From the NCBI RefSeq assembly GCF_000315625.1, contig NW_005434647.1:675807-739806 (forward strand): a DNA stretch of 64,000 nt, in the 5' to 3' direction. The notes under the pieces were generated by a model. That model saw nothing but the letters and a program-made list of their open reading frames with translations, was not told the origin of the DNA and did no database searches. Numbering within the stretch: position 1 is the first letter of the stretch; each line of letters begins with the position of its first letter. The DNA comes from Guillardia theta CCMP2712. Taxonomy: Eukaryota; Protista; Cryptophyta. The translations under genes were made by a program, and so were the position numbers. Shown here in pieces: positions 13,180 through 25,632 of the stretch.

Positions 13180-16100
13180 ATGGCGAACCTGGTCGCCAGG
13201 GTGCTCGAGAAGCGCATCGCCCACATCTTCACAAACTTCCAGCCTGGCAAGAACGCAACCTCTTCCTTGCTCAAAGGTGAAGGGACGGCCAAGGACCTGG
13301 AATTCAACAAGACCTTCATCAACAGCTACCTCCCGCTCAACTACACGGCCGTCTCAGCCACATGCAAGAAGATGCAGTGGTACGTGTCTGTGATGTCTCT
13401 GGGCAAGAGCGGGAAGGATCCCATCGTGGTGGTAGTGACGGGGATATCGATCGTGATCCAGCAGCTGCCAGCACATCAGGTGCGGACAGCATGGAAGGAC
13501 AAGAAGAAGAAGCGGTCCAAGGGGAAGGAGCAGATGCGGGTGAAGAGGAACGCCATCATACAAGGGATCAAGGTGCAGGCGTCAGACTTGAGCGTCAAGA
13601 TCCAGTTCCTTAGTGACGCAGGTGGCGCATCCTCGATTCCTCCTGCCCCCTCGTTCGTCCAGCTGGAGATGGGGAGCGTGCGGGTGACGAGCACAAACTC
13701 GCAGTGGCAGGAGGTCAACGACATCAACAAGGTGTACGTGATAAACGGGGTGACTAACGAGGCGCTGTCCTTCAAGAAGGTTGAGATTACAGGATGCGCG
13801 ACTCGCTTCTGGCACCCGCTGTCGCAGAGAGGGCAGGGAGGAGGAGAGGCGAGGAAGCTGTTCGAGGGGTTGAGCATACACTGCAAGTTCTCAACCAAGA
13901 GGAGGTGCCAGGACTGGAAGCTGCAGAGCTTCAAGGTTGATCTCGAGATCCCGCAAGTCTCGTCCTCGCTGTCTAGGAGAGACGTCATGATGCTCAAGGC
14001 GATCGCTGGGGCCCTCAAGACGGTGAGCAAGGGGAAGACCGACGACCTGCACGCGCGGACGTTCTCCTCCAACTCTCTCTCGGACATGGTGGATGAGGCG
14101 GCGGAGGACGAGGCGGAGGACGAGGCGGTGGAGTCGCAGGAGAGCATGGACGCTGAGAGCTTGGACTCGCTCCTCGAGTCTCAAGCTCGCTGGTCAGACA
14201 GCGACGCCAAGTGGTGCCCCTACATCGACAACAGCATCGAGCTCCTCGTCCGAGAGGTCCAGCTCAGCACGCACAAAGAAGAGGAAGGGAGGGGGAGGGG
14301 GAAGGGAGGGAGGAAGGAGGAGGAGGAGGAGGAGGAGGAGTTCTTGGCGCTTCTTACAGGCATGCACATTCGTTTCTGGCCCGCTCAGAAGTCAAAGACG
14401 TCCATGCCCAGCAGGACTGACAACCTCCTCGAGCTCGTCGTCCGTCTCTTCACGCTGAAGCAGAGCAACGCGGAAGAGGATAAGCTTCCTCCGCACCTCT
14501 CGCTCGTCAAGCCCTCGACGGATCAGGAGGGGGAGGCGGCGGCTGACTCATTTCAAGATGTTCTCTCCCTCTCTGCCCAGTGGCCGTCTTAGCTCCACAT
14601 GGGAGGAGGAGGAGGAGGAGGAGGAGGAGGACGAGGAGGAGGAGGAGGAGGAGGAGGAGGTGGAAGCAACGCCTCGGTCCGGGTCCAACTCGCTCCCCTT
14701 GTGCTCGTGTGGGATGCTTCTGCCTGGATGAAGCTGTTCCGGACATTCCTGACGGAGGACGTGAGCCAGCGGCTGAGCAAACATGACCTGCTGCTTTCCT
14801 CGCCGCTGGGGGAGAAGAAGAAGAAGAAGGACAAGGTAGGGATGAACTTCCAACTGGAGACCCGCTCCCTCTCCGTCCTCCTCCCCGTCTACAGGCAGGA
14901 GCAGGAGGACGGCGAAGTTCGTCTGCGCGTGACTGAGCTGCGGCTGGACATCTCCGAGCTCTCTGCCAGCTTCCTCCCCAGCTCGAAGCAGGAGTGCCTC
15001 ACTGCTGGGGGGCTGCAGGAGATTCGAGCCTCCTCCTTCCCCTGGGCCCCGGGGGACAGCAGGGAAGTCTCCTCCCTCCAGGCCCTCCAGTCCACTGTGG
15101 ATGCGACCAGGATCGAGATGGCGAGCGTGTCGCTGAGCTGTGCGGAGGAGGAGGAGGCGTACGCGCGGGAGCTCTTGTCGATCCAGGAGGGGAGGATCAT
15201 CCTACTCCGCAACAGGAGGTGGAACGTGGACAGCGAGCTGCGGCCCGATGAGAGGAGGGTGCATGTAGAGGTCAGAAGAAGCGCGCAGGCGGAGCTCCGG
15301 TCTGAGGATCTACTCCTCGTCCTCTCCCTGTGGGACAACTTTCGGAACAACCCGGTGGCCCGTGCGATGAGGGAGGAGGAGGAAGAGGTGAAGCAAATGC
15401 TGCAAGCTCTGCAGGCTGCTCACCTTGGAGCCACGTCCTACAACAACTCGAGGAAGGGGATGCAGCTGCTGCAGGAGCCCAAGAAGAGAAAAGTCGCCCT
15501 CCTCTCCGCGAGGGTCAATGGTCTGCTCCCTCGTCCTCTACCTCGACTATCGTCCCTCCTTCAATTGTTCCGTCCTCACTTTCCACCTCATTCACTCCTT
15601 CTCTCCTCCCCTCCTCTCCTCTCCTCTCCTCCCCTCCCCTCTCCTCCCTTCCCCTCCCCTCTTCTCTCCTCCCCTCCCCTCCCCTCCTCTCCTCTCCTCT
15701 CCTCTCCTCTCCTCTCCTCTCCTCTCCTTCTCTCCTCCCCTCCTCTCCTCTCCTCTCCTCTCCTCCCCTCCCCTCCCCTCCCCTCCCCTCCCATCCTCTC
15801 TTCTCCTCTCCTTCTCTCCTCTCCTCTCCTCTCCTCTCTTTGCCCTTCACCCGCCGTTTGCTTCATCCTTGTCATTGCCATCCTCCCTCCCATTCTCCTT
15901 CTGTCCGTCTCTGACCGGCGGCCCTCAGGTCTCGCTCTTGCCGTGCTCTGCAGCTCAGGGGAAGAATTTCGCGTCTCCTCAGGTTTCGTAGACGCCATCG
16001 TTGAGAGCGCCTCCTCCTCCTCCTCCTCCTCCTCCTCCTCCTCTCATCTCAAGCTCCTCTGCGAGAACTTCTACGTCTTCCTTGGCACTGGAGGTCTCAG

Positions 16101-16474
16101 ACCCTGGAGGACAGGAGGAAGCGTGCTGTGCAGGCTGGAGAGGAGGAGGATGAGGAAGAAGGAGGACAAGGCTTTGCTTGCTGTGCTGCATGTGGACGGC
16201 GTGAGGTTGGAGGTGGACAGGAAGGCGATCAAAAGCTTCAGGAAAATGGCGAAGTCAGTGAAGGAGGAGCTGGGAAGGAGAGCAGGCAGCGCGCAGCTGA
16301 AGACCAAGGGGAGCGGTGGGAGCAAGAAGGACAAGAAGGGGGAGAGCGGTCTATCGTCCTCCTCCTCTTCCAAGGGAGGGAAGGAAGGGAAGATGATGCG
16401 GGGAGTACACTTTCTCCTCCGCTTCTCGCAGAGCTCACTGGTGCTCTCCAACTTCTTCCTTCCTCCCGGCACAG
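13180..16474 (+). CDS. Bridge-like lipid transfer protein BLTP3/UHRF1BP1(SHIP164)-like with chorein-N domain; in-frame TAG at 14590-14592; runs into the N gap
   Basis: MANLVARVLEKRIAHIFTNF...SSLLKGEGTAKDLEFN...DPIVVVV, STNSQWQ...LSFKKV and KRRCQDW match the UHRF1BP1 N-terminal pattern. ORFs 13180-14592 and 14599-16704 are in the same frame. A pyrimidine-rich intron lies at ~15521-15928. Confidence 0.75.
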
Positions 16475-16574
16475 NNNNNNNNNNNNNNNNNNNNNNNNNN
16501 NNNNNNNNNNNNNNNNNNNNNNNNNNNNNNNNNNNNNNNNNNNNNNNNNNNNNNNNNNNNNNNNNNNNNNNNNN
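16475..16574. other. Assembly gap (100 N)
   Basis: Run of n. Confidence 1.
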
Positions 16575-16699
16575 TGGTGTACAACCCGTGTTCAGCCAAC
16601 CCCCCCCCCCCCCCCCCCAACCTCCTCCCTCCCCTCCCCTTCCTCCTACTGTTGCCATCGTCCCATTCACCTTGCTCAGCAGCTTATCCACTTTCAACC

Positions 16700-18059
16700 T
16701 CTAGGATACGTCAGCATCACTTCAAGCTGCACAAAAACTCACAGGCACGGGCTCTGGCGCGGCCGTCTCCTCCTCCTCCTCCTCCTCCTCCTCCTCCTCC
16801 TTTCTGAGAAGCTGCTGCTGCTTCCTTCGTGCTCCATCCTGCTGTTCTCGCGCCCTTCTCTCTTCCCCGGACGAGTTCGTGTCATCAAGGAACATCTGCG
16901 CAGACCTGTCGCCCTGCTGATGCTGCTGCTGATGCTGCTGCTGATGCTCCTCCTCCTCCTCCTCCTCCCTTCCTCCTCGACGGTCCCTCGGCTCCTCGTG
17001 TTCCTCCTCCTTGCTCCTGCTCGCCGCGATGCAAACCAGAGCAGAACTGTCGGTGAGACCTGCTACCTGAAGGAAGGGGTGAGCAGAAGCTGGTGGGGGA
17101 GCAGGAGGAGATCGGAGGAGATCTTCTCTTAAACTGGAGAGAGATCAGGAAGGAAGAGGGGGCACAGGAGGAGCAAGAAAAACGGAGAGGAGGAACATGA
17201 GAACGAGGAGGAGGAGGAACATGAGAACGAGGAGGAGGAGGAGGAGGAGGAGGAGAAAGGCGAGGAGGGAAACCTGGATCTGGAGGGCATGAACTTTGTT
17301 TTGAAGCGAGTTCAACCTCTGAGAGGAGCGGGAGAAACGAGCGTGAGCGACAAGAAGAGAAAGAAACAAACAAGGAGGAGAGGAGGAGGAGAGGAGGAGA
17401 GGAGGAGGAGGAGGAGGAGAGGAGGAGGAGAGGAGGAGGAGAGGAGAGGCGAAGAGAGCAGAGGGAAATTTAAAAGAGGTGGGGAAAGAGGGCAGAGTGA
17501 CCACACGGAAGAGAGAGGAGGAGAGGGGAGGCGAAGTGGGAGCAGAACAAGGGAGGAGAAGAACGGGCAAGGGAGAGAGGAGGGAAGGATGGAGGGGAAG
17601 GAAGCCAGGAGGAGGAGGAGGAGGAGGAGGAGGAGGAGCAAGGAGGAGGAGGAGGAGCAAGGAGGAGGTGGGCTGTGAACCTCTTTCAGAGGCTGAACTT
17701 GCAACTTGAGGTCGAACACGTCGTCTACGAGCGAGGATGTTTCTGCCCCTCCTGCTGCTCTTGACTGCACGTCATACATCATCTTCCGAAACGAGGACAT
17801 GTCCTGGTCCACCTCCCCCTGCGATGGACAGAAGGAACTTTTCAGCATCCTCCTCTTCCCCACCCCACTCAACCACGTCCCCCAACTCCTGCTGCTGCTC
17901 CTCCCCCCACTCTCCTTCTTCTCTATGCTATCCTCCTCCTCCTCGTACTACTACTACTACTGCTACCTCTCCTTCTTCTCTATGCTATCCTCCTCCTCCT
18001 CGTACTACTACTACTACTGCTACCTCTCCTTCTTCTCTATGCTATCCTCCTCCTCCTCG

Positions 18060-18099
<40 letters not shown>

Positions 18100-20292
18100 A
18101 CGGTCCTGCATCTTCTTCATTCTATCCTCCCCCTCCCTCTCCCCTGTTGTCTCCTCTTACTCCTCCATCACCTTGATCCTCCTCATCTCCTCCAGCATGC
18201 GAGCAAGGGACTGGGACCTCCCGCCGACTCCAGACTCGCCGCTCTCCGTCTCGCTCTCCTCCTCCCTTCCCTTCCTCAGCGTACTCAGCAACATCTCCTT
18301 CCCGCCTCCGCTCATGCCAATGTGTCTGATCATCACAGCGATGTCATGGAACCGTTTCTCATACACCTTGTGCATCTCCTGCAGACGTTCCTCTACCTGC
18401 TCCTCCTCTCTCCCCGTCCGCCTCCTCCCCGGCTCCTCCTCCTGCGACATCTTCGCGCTCATGGCACCGATAACTTGCACGACCTCGTTGATCATCCCCT
18501 GCATCCTCTCCATCCCTGCTCCCTGCTCCCCCTCGACGCTCTTCAGCTCCTCCACTGCCTCCTGCAGCGGCACCATGCTTGCTTGAAGGTCTTCCGCCTG
18601 TCAGCAGAAGGAAGTGAGATGGAAAGAGGAGAGGGGACTGAAGGAAGGGAATTTGGAGGAGGAGATCAAGGAAATGAAGTTGTTCTTGGCGGTAAAGGAG
18701 ATGCTCAAGGTAAGGTGATGTTCGTGACAAAAGAAATGATGACGACGATGACGATGACGATGACGATGACAATGGGAGGAGGAGGAAAAAGAGGAGGTAA
18801 TGGTGGTGGAGCAAGAAAAGGAGGAGGAGCAAGAAAATCCATCAAACGCATGGAGAGGAAGAGAAGGGTCAGAACAAAGGGGATGATGTTGTTACCAGCT
18901 GATTGATCTTGATAGCAGTCGAGCTGATGTTGTCTTCCTGCTCTACATCTCAATCCCCTTCCTCACCCTCGTCATCAGCTCACGCAGTGTCGAATCTTAT
19001 TCAGAAGCTCCAAACTTCTTGCCTCCTGGTTGGACGCGAGTGAGCGAGAAAACAGAATGTCATCCTCGACGAACCTGCGCCTGGGCCAAGTCTCTTTCCT
19101 TCTCATCCTGTTGGTCCAATATCAATGCGGGAGAGAAAGTACATGATGAACAAACTCCATCAAGATACCCGATGGCCATCAATGACATTATCATCGTGAT
19201 CGTAATCGTCACCATCATCTCAATCAGTACCACCACCACCACCACTACCAGTATTATTACTGATGATCATCTAGCAGCTGACCTGATAGTTTGTTTTGAT
19301 CTGCAACGCGCGAATCTTTTCGTCCTGTTGATACAATCAGCAATTACTAGCAAGTGACTACAGAAAGACATGGAGAGATGAAGGCACAGGAATGCAAACA
19401 GACAGACACAAGAACCAACATAAGCTCCAACAAACGTCCATACAAACATGCACAGCGCAACTCGTCAACTTTGATGATCATCCCACAGCAATCAGCACGA
19501 GCAATCACAATCAACCAGAGATGAAATTTTCTTGTCCGCTTCATCTCGAGCGCTTTGAGCATGCTCCCGCGTCTCCATCGCGTGCTCCAGCCTGTCGCAT
19601 CGCGCTACCATGGCGGCTATACTCTTCTCCATGCTCTGCACCGCCTGCACTGCCGTGCCTTCCTTGTCCACTTGCTTCGCGTTCAACCTGCTCCGCAGCT
19701 GCTCTACTTCCTTCCTCAGCTCCGCATGATTCTGATTCACCTCCTCCTGCTTCTTAACCATCTCCCTCCGCATCTCCTTCCTCTCATTGTTTCGGTGCTC
19801 TTCGATTTCATCCACCTTCCTCCTGTAGTCATCCATGAAGTACCTGACTTCTTCTTGCCAGCGGAGCAGATTGTTGAGAGTCTTCTCGGCCTTGCTCCTC
19901 TTTTCTCTCTCCTCTGCCAGCTTCTTCTTCACCTCCTCGAGCTCCTCGTCCACCCCGACGAGGCGCGACGAGACCTCAGTCAGGACCTCCTTCTTGGACT
20001 CCTCCATCTTCGTTTGCACCTGTTGGCTTTTACTCTCCATCTCGTGCTTCACGTTTGCAAACAGCCTGTCGATATCGGAGGAGAGGGTAAATCGTTGACG
20101 ATACTGATACGACACGTCTAGGGGTTGAGCCGACATGTCTACACTGCCCTGAAGAGATTCAGCAAGCGAGTTGAGGATAGAACTTGATCTGTTGCTCTTC
20201 GGTGCCGACGATCTGGTTTGAGAGATGGAGCGAAGGATACTTTCTGTGTTGGCAAGAGATCTGTCCGTCGACGCTTTCCAGTCGTCCAGCAT
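16700..20292 (-). CDS. Coiled-coil protein of unknown function; multi-exon, ends uncertain
   Basis: E/K/R/Q-rich heptad exons at 19492-20292, 18157-18600, 17680-17850 and 17275-17320 are separated by repeat-filled GT-AG introns. Confidence 0.55.
17911..18078. repeat. 57-bp minisatellite, ~3 copies, intronic
   Basis: Unit tctccttcttctctatgctatcctcctcctcctcgtactactactactactgctacc starts at 17911, 17968 and 18025. Confidence 0.9.
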
Positions 20293-20794
20293 TGCGAGGT
20301 ACTACCCTTACCCGAAAGTTCTGCAGCATGAAAATTCAGTTCACGACGATTCTGCTAATGGTGGCAAGTGCATGAATTGGTTAAGAAGTCAACATCAAGA
20401 TTCGACGTTGTCCAACAGATAGTGTTAATGACTGCAGCTTTTGTATATCTCAAACAACAATTCTCATACGGCTTGTAATCCAGCGAAACTCTACTACGTT
20501 CCTCCTACGTCGCTGGTTGAGGTATCTTGTATCTAGCTGATACTGTCCTTCTCATTCACCATTCGTTTTTTGCCTGCGCTCTTGCTACCAACCATCATGC
20601 CTTCGCTCGCCTGTTCCCACTCTCGCCATGTAGAACAGTGTACACGCCTAGGCGAACGTAAGAGTGACAGTTTGAGAATATTCAATTAATTTTGAACATT
20701 TCACAGTGAGAGTTCAAATTACTGAGCATGTTCAATTTGATTGTTCAATACCGTTAGAATTTTCTTTTTTTTAGTTCAATCTACAGCCTTGTAA

Positions 20795-21420
20795 CTCCCG
20801 GATCGCGGCCCGGAGTCGCCGGGCGTGAACGAGCGGCCACGGCCGGCGGGCCCGGGCCGGGAGCGGCCTGGCTCACGCCCGCCGGCGGGGGGGCCGGGCC
20901 GGGCGCCGGGTCGCAACCGCGCCCGGCCGTCAGGCTCAGGGACTCGAAGTTCTAACTGACAGACGGTGTGACGGAAGTTCCGACTGGGCGATTCAACTTG
21001 ACTCTGTGATCCGACTCTACGGGCGTTTCGTACGGTCGCCGTGCCGTACCGTACTGTAGCCGGGTACGGTAGACTAAGTCAGTGTATCTTAGTAGCAGTG
21101 CTGATCCGCCGCCATGATGATCATCATGGCACTGTTCGGAACGCCGCCGGGCACTGACCGATGACGTGCCCGGACTTGCAAAGCCTCTGATCGCCGTCGG
21201 ATCAGCTCGGCCGCGCCGCGGCGAGCCAGTTTCATCACATGATTGAAATGACTAGTTATTCTGCCAGGCTGCTCAGCTACTAACTTGAGTTTGTGACAGT
21301 TACACTGTGACGGGTGTTGCAGAGTCAGTCATGCCATGACCGTCCGATGATAGGATGAAGTTGGATCATCGGATAGCAGAGCAGTTGCGAGTCACGGTCT
21401 GTCAGGTCTCTCAGCAGAGG
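20795..21420. other. GC-rich palindromic patchwork intergenic island
   Basis: Dense ccgg/ggcc/gtac words; perfect 20-bp palindrome gccatgatgatcatcatggc at 21111-21130. Confidence 0.7.
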
Positions 21421-21512
21421 CAAGATTGCTGTCAAGTTTCAGCTTATTCATCACTCAAGTCCACGTCCATAACACTCGTCGGCTTCGTCTTGTGTCCTCT
21501 CTCTCAGTCTCC

Positions 21513-22064
21513 TCAAGCCTGAGCTGATCCCCACACCACCTTGCCAAATTCTGGGCGAGTCTCGAGCTGCTCACGCACCCACTTGACAGCCATGATGATG
21601 GAGTCCGGGACAGGGCGTGCGGTCATCGGAGCACTGCCGATGTCGAGGTAGCGCACGGAGCCATCCTCCTTGATGAAGAACCAAGCAGGCTCGCTGAACT
21701 TGTGCTTCTGCTCGATGTAGTTGGTCGGGTCGCTGATAAAGAGTCCCAGCTTCTGCATGGTCGAAGGCTCCAAGCCGTAGGCGACATCGAAGGAGATGCC
21801 GCAGTTAGCGACGGTCGTCTTGGCTTCGGGCTCCTTGTCTGCCGAGATCGCGATGACCTTGACGTTGATCTCCTCGAAGGACTTGAGAGCTGCTTGCAGG
21901 CTCTTGAGAGTGCCCTGGCAGAAGGGGCAGAAGTTTCCACGGTAGAACACGACGAGGGTCTCGGTGTTCTTGTAGGGGAAGGTGACCTCTCCTCCTCCGA
22001 CCTTGGGGAGAGTCAGAGAGGGGAAGGCGCTGCCAGGAGCAAGGGAGGTACGTGTGGACGACAT
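21513..22064 (-). CDS. AhpC/TSA (peroxiredoxin-like, thioredoxin fold) protein, copy 1, intronless
   Basis: LAPGSAFPSLTLP...VVFYRGNFCPFCQ...VIAISAD...GLFISDP...FSEPAWFFIKEDGSVRY, with a CxxC motif. Confidence 0.9.
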   Translation of the reverse strand: MSSTRTSLAPGSAFPSLTLPKVGGGEVTFPYKNTETLVVFYRGNFCPFCQGTLKSLQAALKSFEEINVKVIAISADKEPEAKTTVANCGISFDVAYGLEPSTMQKLGLFISDPTNYIEQKHKFSEPAWFFIKEDGSVRYLDIGSAPMTARPVPDSIIMAVKWVREQLETRPEFGKVVWGSAQA

Positions 22065-22249
22065 GGCGGTGTGAGAATGACGTGGGTGCAGGACCGGTGT
22101 TTTGACTAGGGATTAAGGGGGTAGAGGGTTACCCGTACAGCCTGTCGTGCCGAGTCACGGGACAATCCCGGAAGGCCGCATGATCCACTGCTGTTCCTTA
22201 AAAAAAAGAGCTGTAAAGTGGCAGCTGACCAGTGACACTTTACTCAACC

Positions 22250-22770
22250 AGTAGTAGTCAAGACTCGACTTGTACCCGGACCGACTCGACCCGGTGCCTG
22301 CCCGGCCGCTGCCGGGCGGCAGTGCTGAGTGCCGTCGCCGGACAGTCCGATCATCGTCTCACAGAGTCACGAGTCAGTCGGAGTGCCTGCCAGTCACAGT
22401 GGCACCGCCGCCTCGCCGGGGGGCCCGACCCGGGCGGTGCCGGCGCCCAACTCGGGCCGGGCCGGGCGGCCGCCGCCACTGGCTGGGTCACAGCGACGGT
22501 CCGATCTGGCACCAACAGTTGGTGATCGGACCGCCGAGGTTCCGGGCCATCATGGCATCGGATGGCACATGATGATGCCATGGGCTGTGCAGTGCGGACA
22601 CACTCAGCTGGCGGCGCCCCGGCCCGGGCCCGCCAGTCGGAAAGATGCTAGGGCCGGGCTACTGTAGCCTAGTAGTGACTCTGTGAGGTGCCACTCCCCG
22701 CCAGTCGGGTGACGGTAGTATAACTAGTCCCGGACGGTCACTGAGTAATGTACGGTATGCCATGATAGTT
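22250..22770. other. GC-rich palindromic patchwork intergenic island
   Basis: Same vocabulary as the other islands (ggcccgggcc, ccatcatggcatcgga, gactc/gagtc). Confidence 0.7.
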
Positions 22771-22822
22771 TCAAGTAGCATATCAGTGTGCCGGGTTTTC
22801 AAGTTTCATTGTTTTAACATTC

Positions 22823-24554
22823 TTATTTCCTGTCTCCATGCATCGCGCTCTCTGCTCAGCAAAGTCACCGGGAGTCCTTCAGCCTCTCCCCTCCGACCTA
22901 CCAAGAACCAGCAGCGTCTCCCGTGCCCTCGCGTGCTGAGGGTGAACCTTGAGCGCCATTTCGATGGTCTTCTTCCCGGTTTCTACTTGCCCCGCCTGTC
23001 CTCCTCTCACCATCCTCCGAGACTCCCAACCCTTCCTCCCCCTCACCTGGATCGCTGCTATCCCCTGTGCAAAGAAGTGCTCAGCATAGTCTGGCCCCTG
23101 TCGCTGCGCTCAGTCGCACGCAGCAAGACACGAGAGGTAGTTGCCTGTCCTGATGCGGCATAGGAGCGAGCGAACAAGTCGTCGGCCAGGTCTTGATGCC
23201 CTTCAACGTCCTCAGCTACACTGAACGAGCTTCGCCCATGTACCTGACGCGTCCAGAAATTCTCCATGGAGCCAGAGGATCTTGGCGTTGACCTCCGGCC
23301 TGTCCACTCCGGACTCAGCGTACCTACCGCACCGTCACTAGGAGCAGGGCCCTGAGTCGAGCCAGTGCTCACTGGTCAAGGATGGCGTGATTCCTAGCGG
23401 CGAGCTGGAAGTAGCGGACTCTCTCGTTCAGATAGTCAGCTGATTTCCTAACAGCTGCAGCCAGCAAGTCTGTCAGGATGCTGCAGCGGCCAGAAGCGCC
23501 TGACCCTCTGACTTGTCGTTGGTGGCGCAGGAGGCGATGATGAAGGTGTGTCGGAGACCCTCGGTGATATCATGAACCTGCGGCTTCCACATAAGAGGAG
23601 AGCAGGGGGAAGAGATGGAGGGAGGAAGAGGGAGGGAGGGAGGGAGGGAGGGGCTGGCACAGCTATTGGATACAAGGCAGCATACCTTGTGAGGAAAGGC
23701 AGCAGGATAGAAGTACATATCTCCCTGCTCCGCGACGACGTTGATTGCACCCACCTATCAGCATCGTCATTGCAAGTGTGATGGTAGAAAGACAACAGCG
23801 AACTTGAAGCTCTCCCCCCTTGTACTTGTCCCTTGCAGATAGCATGATGTTAATGTTGATCGTTCTGCTCGTCCCTGCTCAACTTTTCAGAACTGCGCGA
23901 GCGATGGCAAGTTTGATTCACCATCGTTGGGTTTCGTGTCAATGTGGAAGTCAAAGAAGTATCCGGCCTTGAACTCATGAAGGAGATTGAATTCCACCTG
24001 CATGTCCGAGTCAACCCTGACAAGCAGCAGAATGTCGGGCTGGTGCACATGATTGCGAAACTGCTCCGAGGTTGTTTCTGTCACGTTGAAGCCCCAGGGC
24101 AACATCAGCTTGGAAGTCTTAGAGGCCTGCAAGGGAGACCGCGTGAATGGGAGGATGTGCGGTGGTGGCAAGCAGAGTACATTGATCACTCTCTCGTAGA
24201 TCCAGTCAAGCTTGCTCTCTTTCATGAGTTTGTTTTCCGCGTCTATCCGATTGATTCTTCTTACTCCCTTGTCATTCCGATGGTCCTGACACCCTCATCT
24301 TCACTTCATCACAAGACAGCAGCTTGAACAACCTCGTCTACTTTGCATCTTTCCTTGAACAGTTCGATGATCGACTCGCACTCCTCCGGAGTGAACACCT
24401 TGTGAAAGAAAGCAACTCCGTGCTTCGCATACTCCATCACTTGCATACCCCTATCGGCTTCCTCCGGCAACTGTAGACGCCCGTCAACCCGCCCACCGAA
24501 CCACATCAGAAGCACTCCCAGGCAAGTCAGTGATGCCCTAGTGACTCTCCTCAT
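22823..24554 (-). CDS. 2OG-Fe(II) oxygenase (PKHD/prolyl-hydroxylase-like) with N-terminal signal peptide and C-terminal TPR-like helices; multi-exon
   Basis: FHKVFTPEECESII, FDFHIDT (HxD), YKGGEL, FYPAAFPHK|VHDITEGLRHT (distal His plus Arg). C-terminal exons AEHFFAQGIAAIQ|AGQVETGKKTIEMALKVHPQHARA. Confidence 0.8.
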
Positions 24555-25632
24555 CCTGTTCTCCTGGGCAGGAGGGGATCAGAGCTCCCACTGTCGCTTC
24601 CAGTCTCTAGTGATCGTCACTGCCTTCTCTCTTTACATGTCTACTTCATTCTCTGCCTGTTCTTCTATCATCTGTCTATTCTGAATTGAGGTCACCGTGA
24701 CAGCGTCCTTCCGCTGATTGCTATCGTAATAAGTGCTAGTCCTGTTTGCATCTGTTCTCCTCCTGCGAGCCCTCTCTCTCTGTCTCCCAACCATCTTGTT
24801 GCTCAGGTTTAACTCTCCCCAGTTCCTTCCTCTCATCGATCGTTTCGTACAACATCTTGCCTCGCCACTCTGACGCGCTCGCATACCCGCTCCATTCCCT
24901 TTTCCCTCCCCCTCCTCCCCCTCCCCTTCCCTTTCCCCGTCTCCTTCATCCCCTGTCCTGTCCTGTCCTGTCCTGTCCTGTCCTGTCCTGTCCTGTCCTG
25001 TCCGTTCCTGTCCTCCCTTCCCCTGTCCTGCCCTCTTTCCTGCCCTCCTCTCACCTCTCCTCCCCCCCCCCCCTCCTCCTTCTCCTTCGGTTCCTTACCT
25101 CCATGGCCTCCTCCTGACAACACGTATGAAAATGCCCTAGGAAATGTCCTTCCGATATCCTACTTTCTTCTTCGTATGGCTGGCACTTTCCCCACACTGT
25201 TTACAGGGTATCCTTACACTCCCGGGTGGGGGTAATAATCTGTGCCAGTCACACAGAGAAAGGTGAGGGTACAAAAGGGACTTTATGAGGGTGGGGGTAA
25301 TGTAAAGGTGGGTGAGGGTAGTTGATGTTGAATTGGTCGCTATGTCGTCGATTAGATGGTTGATGGAGGGAGGGAGGAGGAGCCGATGGCATGGGGCAGG
25401 GAGGAGCGAAAAGTTCCGTGCCATGCCCATCAGCTCATTGACATCGAACAGAAACTTTGACGGAGGTGAGAAATCGCTCAGCTGCATCAGCATCTTCAGA
25501 CCATCGAGATTAGTTACAAGTTTGATCCTTGATGGAAAGACACCGGCGTCGGGAGACGGATGCATGTCTTTCTCGCACCACCACGTCGCATCGAACAGTC
25601 TATACACGTCAACAAGCTGCCATGCTCGTTTC

